Assembly: GCA_029717555.1 (NCBI GenBank)
Contig: JAMDHS010000034.1
Span: 124,001 to 188,000 of the forward strand
Reading direction: 5' to 3'
Length of the DNA: 64,000 bases
Source: Peribolospora baueri
Taxonomy: Eukaryota
Part shown: in pieces, positions 61,637-64,000 of the stretch
Position numbering within the stretch: position 1 is the first letter of the stretch
How the letters are laid out: every line of letters starts with the position of its first letter
Made by a program: the position numbers and the translations under genes
The notes under the pieces: model-generated
Database searches by the model: none
What the model was told of the DNA's origin: nothing
Seen by the model: only the letters and a program-made list of their open reading frames with translations

Positions 61637-64000
61637 GGCGGGTGGGGGCCGAGTGAGGGCGGGGGGTTGGCAAAGAGGAGAAGGGTGCCGCAGACGAAGG
61701 AAGGGTTAGCTAGGAGACGGAGACGAGGAGGTTAGCTATTCTTATGCTCGGCGCGAGGGAGCGGCGAGTGGAATGCGAACGAGGAGGAGGCCGTCGTCGG
61801 GCGAGGGCGAGGTGACGAGGTGACCTTTTAAAGGGTTCGGGCGACCGATGTGAGTGAATGCGCTGTGTCAGTGTCTGTGCCTGCTATTGCTTCTGCGTCT
61901 GCTGTGCTTAACCATGAGCGCTTCCTTGCCCGCCGGTGACCGACGCGGTGCCGCTTATTATTAGCTCGCCGCCTAGCGTTCAATTATCCCATGTGCCTCC
62001 CACCGCGTCCCCGCCGCCCACTGTAATCCTCCGCACCATCCGCCTAACGCCGCCTCTCCTTCCATTGTCCCCCGGTACCGCCGCCTACACCCGTCTCACC
62101 TCCCGATTGCCCGCCTCGGCCCCGAGGCGGAAAGTCGACGACGCCCGACGGCGACGCAGCCGGTGGCGTCCGGAGTGGTTATGCACCTGGACATCACGTG
62201 CGCAAGCTACTTACCGCAGCAGAGATGATCGTTGGTCATGTGTCTCGACGCATCCCGCCGATCATCCGCCCTTCCTTATCGGCACATCCGCCACCGCAAT
62301 CCGCCAGCTGCCAGGTGAACGGCCGACCCCCGCCTGGCACAGCATCGTGTCGGAAAGACTGGCGCAGGGGGACTGAGCTTGCTGTTGGAAGGCCCCCCCG
62401 TATTCTACCGCCATCATGGTCACATCCCTACGCCCTCGACCCCCACCGCCTCTTTCCCGCCCACCTCGATAGGTAAAGAGCCAGGCCGGCGGCATGGCAA
62501 AAAGTTGACTTTTCCACCTTTGCTTCATCGGGCCAGGACGTGGCCTTTTTCCTGTCGTCCAACGGCCTGCGCATCACTCAAAACCAGGCCGCGATCCAGT
62601 CCAAATATTATAACACTTCCACCTGCGCCACCCTTACCGCCGCCAAGAACATCTGCAAAGTCGACTGAAGGATCGACGGCCACCGCGTTCTGCTCCGACA
62701 AGCCTGTAACACAATTGCCGTGGCTCGTAACATACATCCAGTCCGCCTCCATGAGCGGAGACATGAAACGGACGATACGGTGCATCCGTGTGAGGAAGGC
62801 TCAGCGTCAGTTCAATTCTGAGTACTGCCTCCAACCAATCATATCATTCCAGCCATCTTTCGGCGGGTAGAACGCGATCGTCGTCACCAGGTTAAATTGC
62901 CTCGGACGAGCAGAACGTGCTCTAAGCAGCAAGATCCCGCCGATCGCTAACCGTCATAGAGGCGCTGGACGAGGTGGAACCACGTTGTCGACGTCTTCTA
63001 TCGCGTACGTGCCGATAGCCCGAGCCGCGACGACTCCTCGGCCCCGTCCTTCTCTCGCGCCTCAATCCCTTTCCAACGTCTCCATGGCGGGTGTTTTGTT
63101 CTTGTCGCTGGTCGCGACGAACACGGGACTGTTGACGTCTGTCAAATAGGGGTGCGAGAGCGCGACAGGGCCGCCGCGACAGTATGCGCGTCCCTGGCGT
63201 GGGCGGGACGTGACAAGTTGCAATCGGCAACCTTGACCGTTTCCATCATTTTAAATTGTGTCACGCAACGCCGTCCTTTCCTTCATCCACCGATCTCGTG
63301 AAATAATACTATGTCCGTCCCTCCCGTCACCCATCCTCGGTCCCCGCTGGCTGTGATCATGTATCGACACGTTGCGTCCACCACTGCGGCGGATGTGTAG
63401 AAAAAGAGAGACGGAAGCGGGTGTCAGACAATAATTGTGTCCGAGGGGACGGCGCGAAAGACCAACAAAAACGCACGGATTTGCGATATCGCGCCACCAT
63501 GATGACCGGCGACGATGCGGAATGGTACGGCGGCTTTCGAGTTGGGCTCCGTGTTCCACAATCGGACATTGTCATACGAACCACTGTCGTTCAAGCCGAC
63601 ACAGTCAGCAGATGATGGGGACCGGACGATACGACCTCCATCAGGACCGGTGGGCTCACCTCAACAGATGCTTCCCATCCGGCATCGCTCGCACGCAGCT
63701 CACCGGCCCGCTTCCGCCGGGCAGCTTGTACTGCCTCTGCAACCTCGGGTTGCCCATCCTTCTTGGCACTTCGAGGCCCGACGCGGAGTACTCCGACCCT
63801 CCATCCGCATCAGCTGCGCCAGTCATTCGAAGATCCCACTCATCTATCAATTCGTTGCGTCGGCCGACGTAGATCGAAGTCCCTGTTGCAGACCAACATG
63901 CCTGGAGGAACCGAAATCATGAGTCGTCAAAAGCTCGCGAACGGACGGGTTGTTCCAGATTCTGCGCTCACCGAAGCGCACCACGGCGGCGTCCTCTCTG

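Noticed and set aside
61936..64000. Genes in the right-end region
   Set aside because: Only short ORFs with no recognisable domains or consistent exon chain; a divergent or degenerate gene cannot be excluded.

Overview
Intron-rich, GC-rich fungal DNA (probably basidiomycete, judging from the single-chain FAS; not certain) carrying most of a secondary-metabolite gene cluster. In order: a fused type I fatty acid synthase (runs off the left edge), an FSH1/LovG-like serine hydrolase, transposon relics, non-reducing PKS-A, a Dabb-barrel protein, an FAD monooxygenase, a DHA1 MFS transporter, a SnoaL-like protein, a DUF1772 anthrone-oxygenase-like protein, non-reducing PKS-B, a Penelope-like retroelement relic with a hammerhead-ribozyme core, a second FAD monooxygenase, a 3-repeat Myb regulator and two P450-reductase fusions (CYP505/BM3-like). 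The main observation is that the two NR-PKSs are reciprocally inactivated. PKS-A has intact SAT, AT and PT motifs, a catalytically dead KS and no ACP/TE. PKS-B has an intact KS, two ACPs and a TE, but dead SAT, AT and PT motifs. At the same post-AT linker position PKS-A is strongly acidic and PKS-B strongly basic. This suggests an obligate heterodimeric NR-PKS (KS/KS0, reminiscent of type II KS/CLF) primed by a dedicated FAS. A shared TNACTC(G/C)GG promoter motif may be the Myb site. Exon boundaries and motif assignments were read by eye; no database searches were run.
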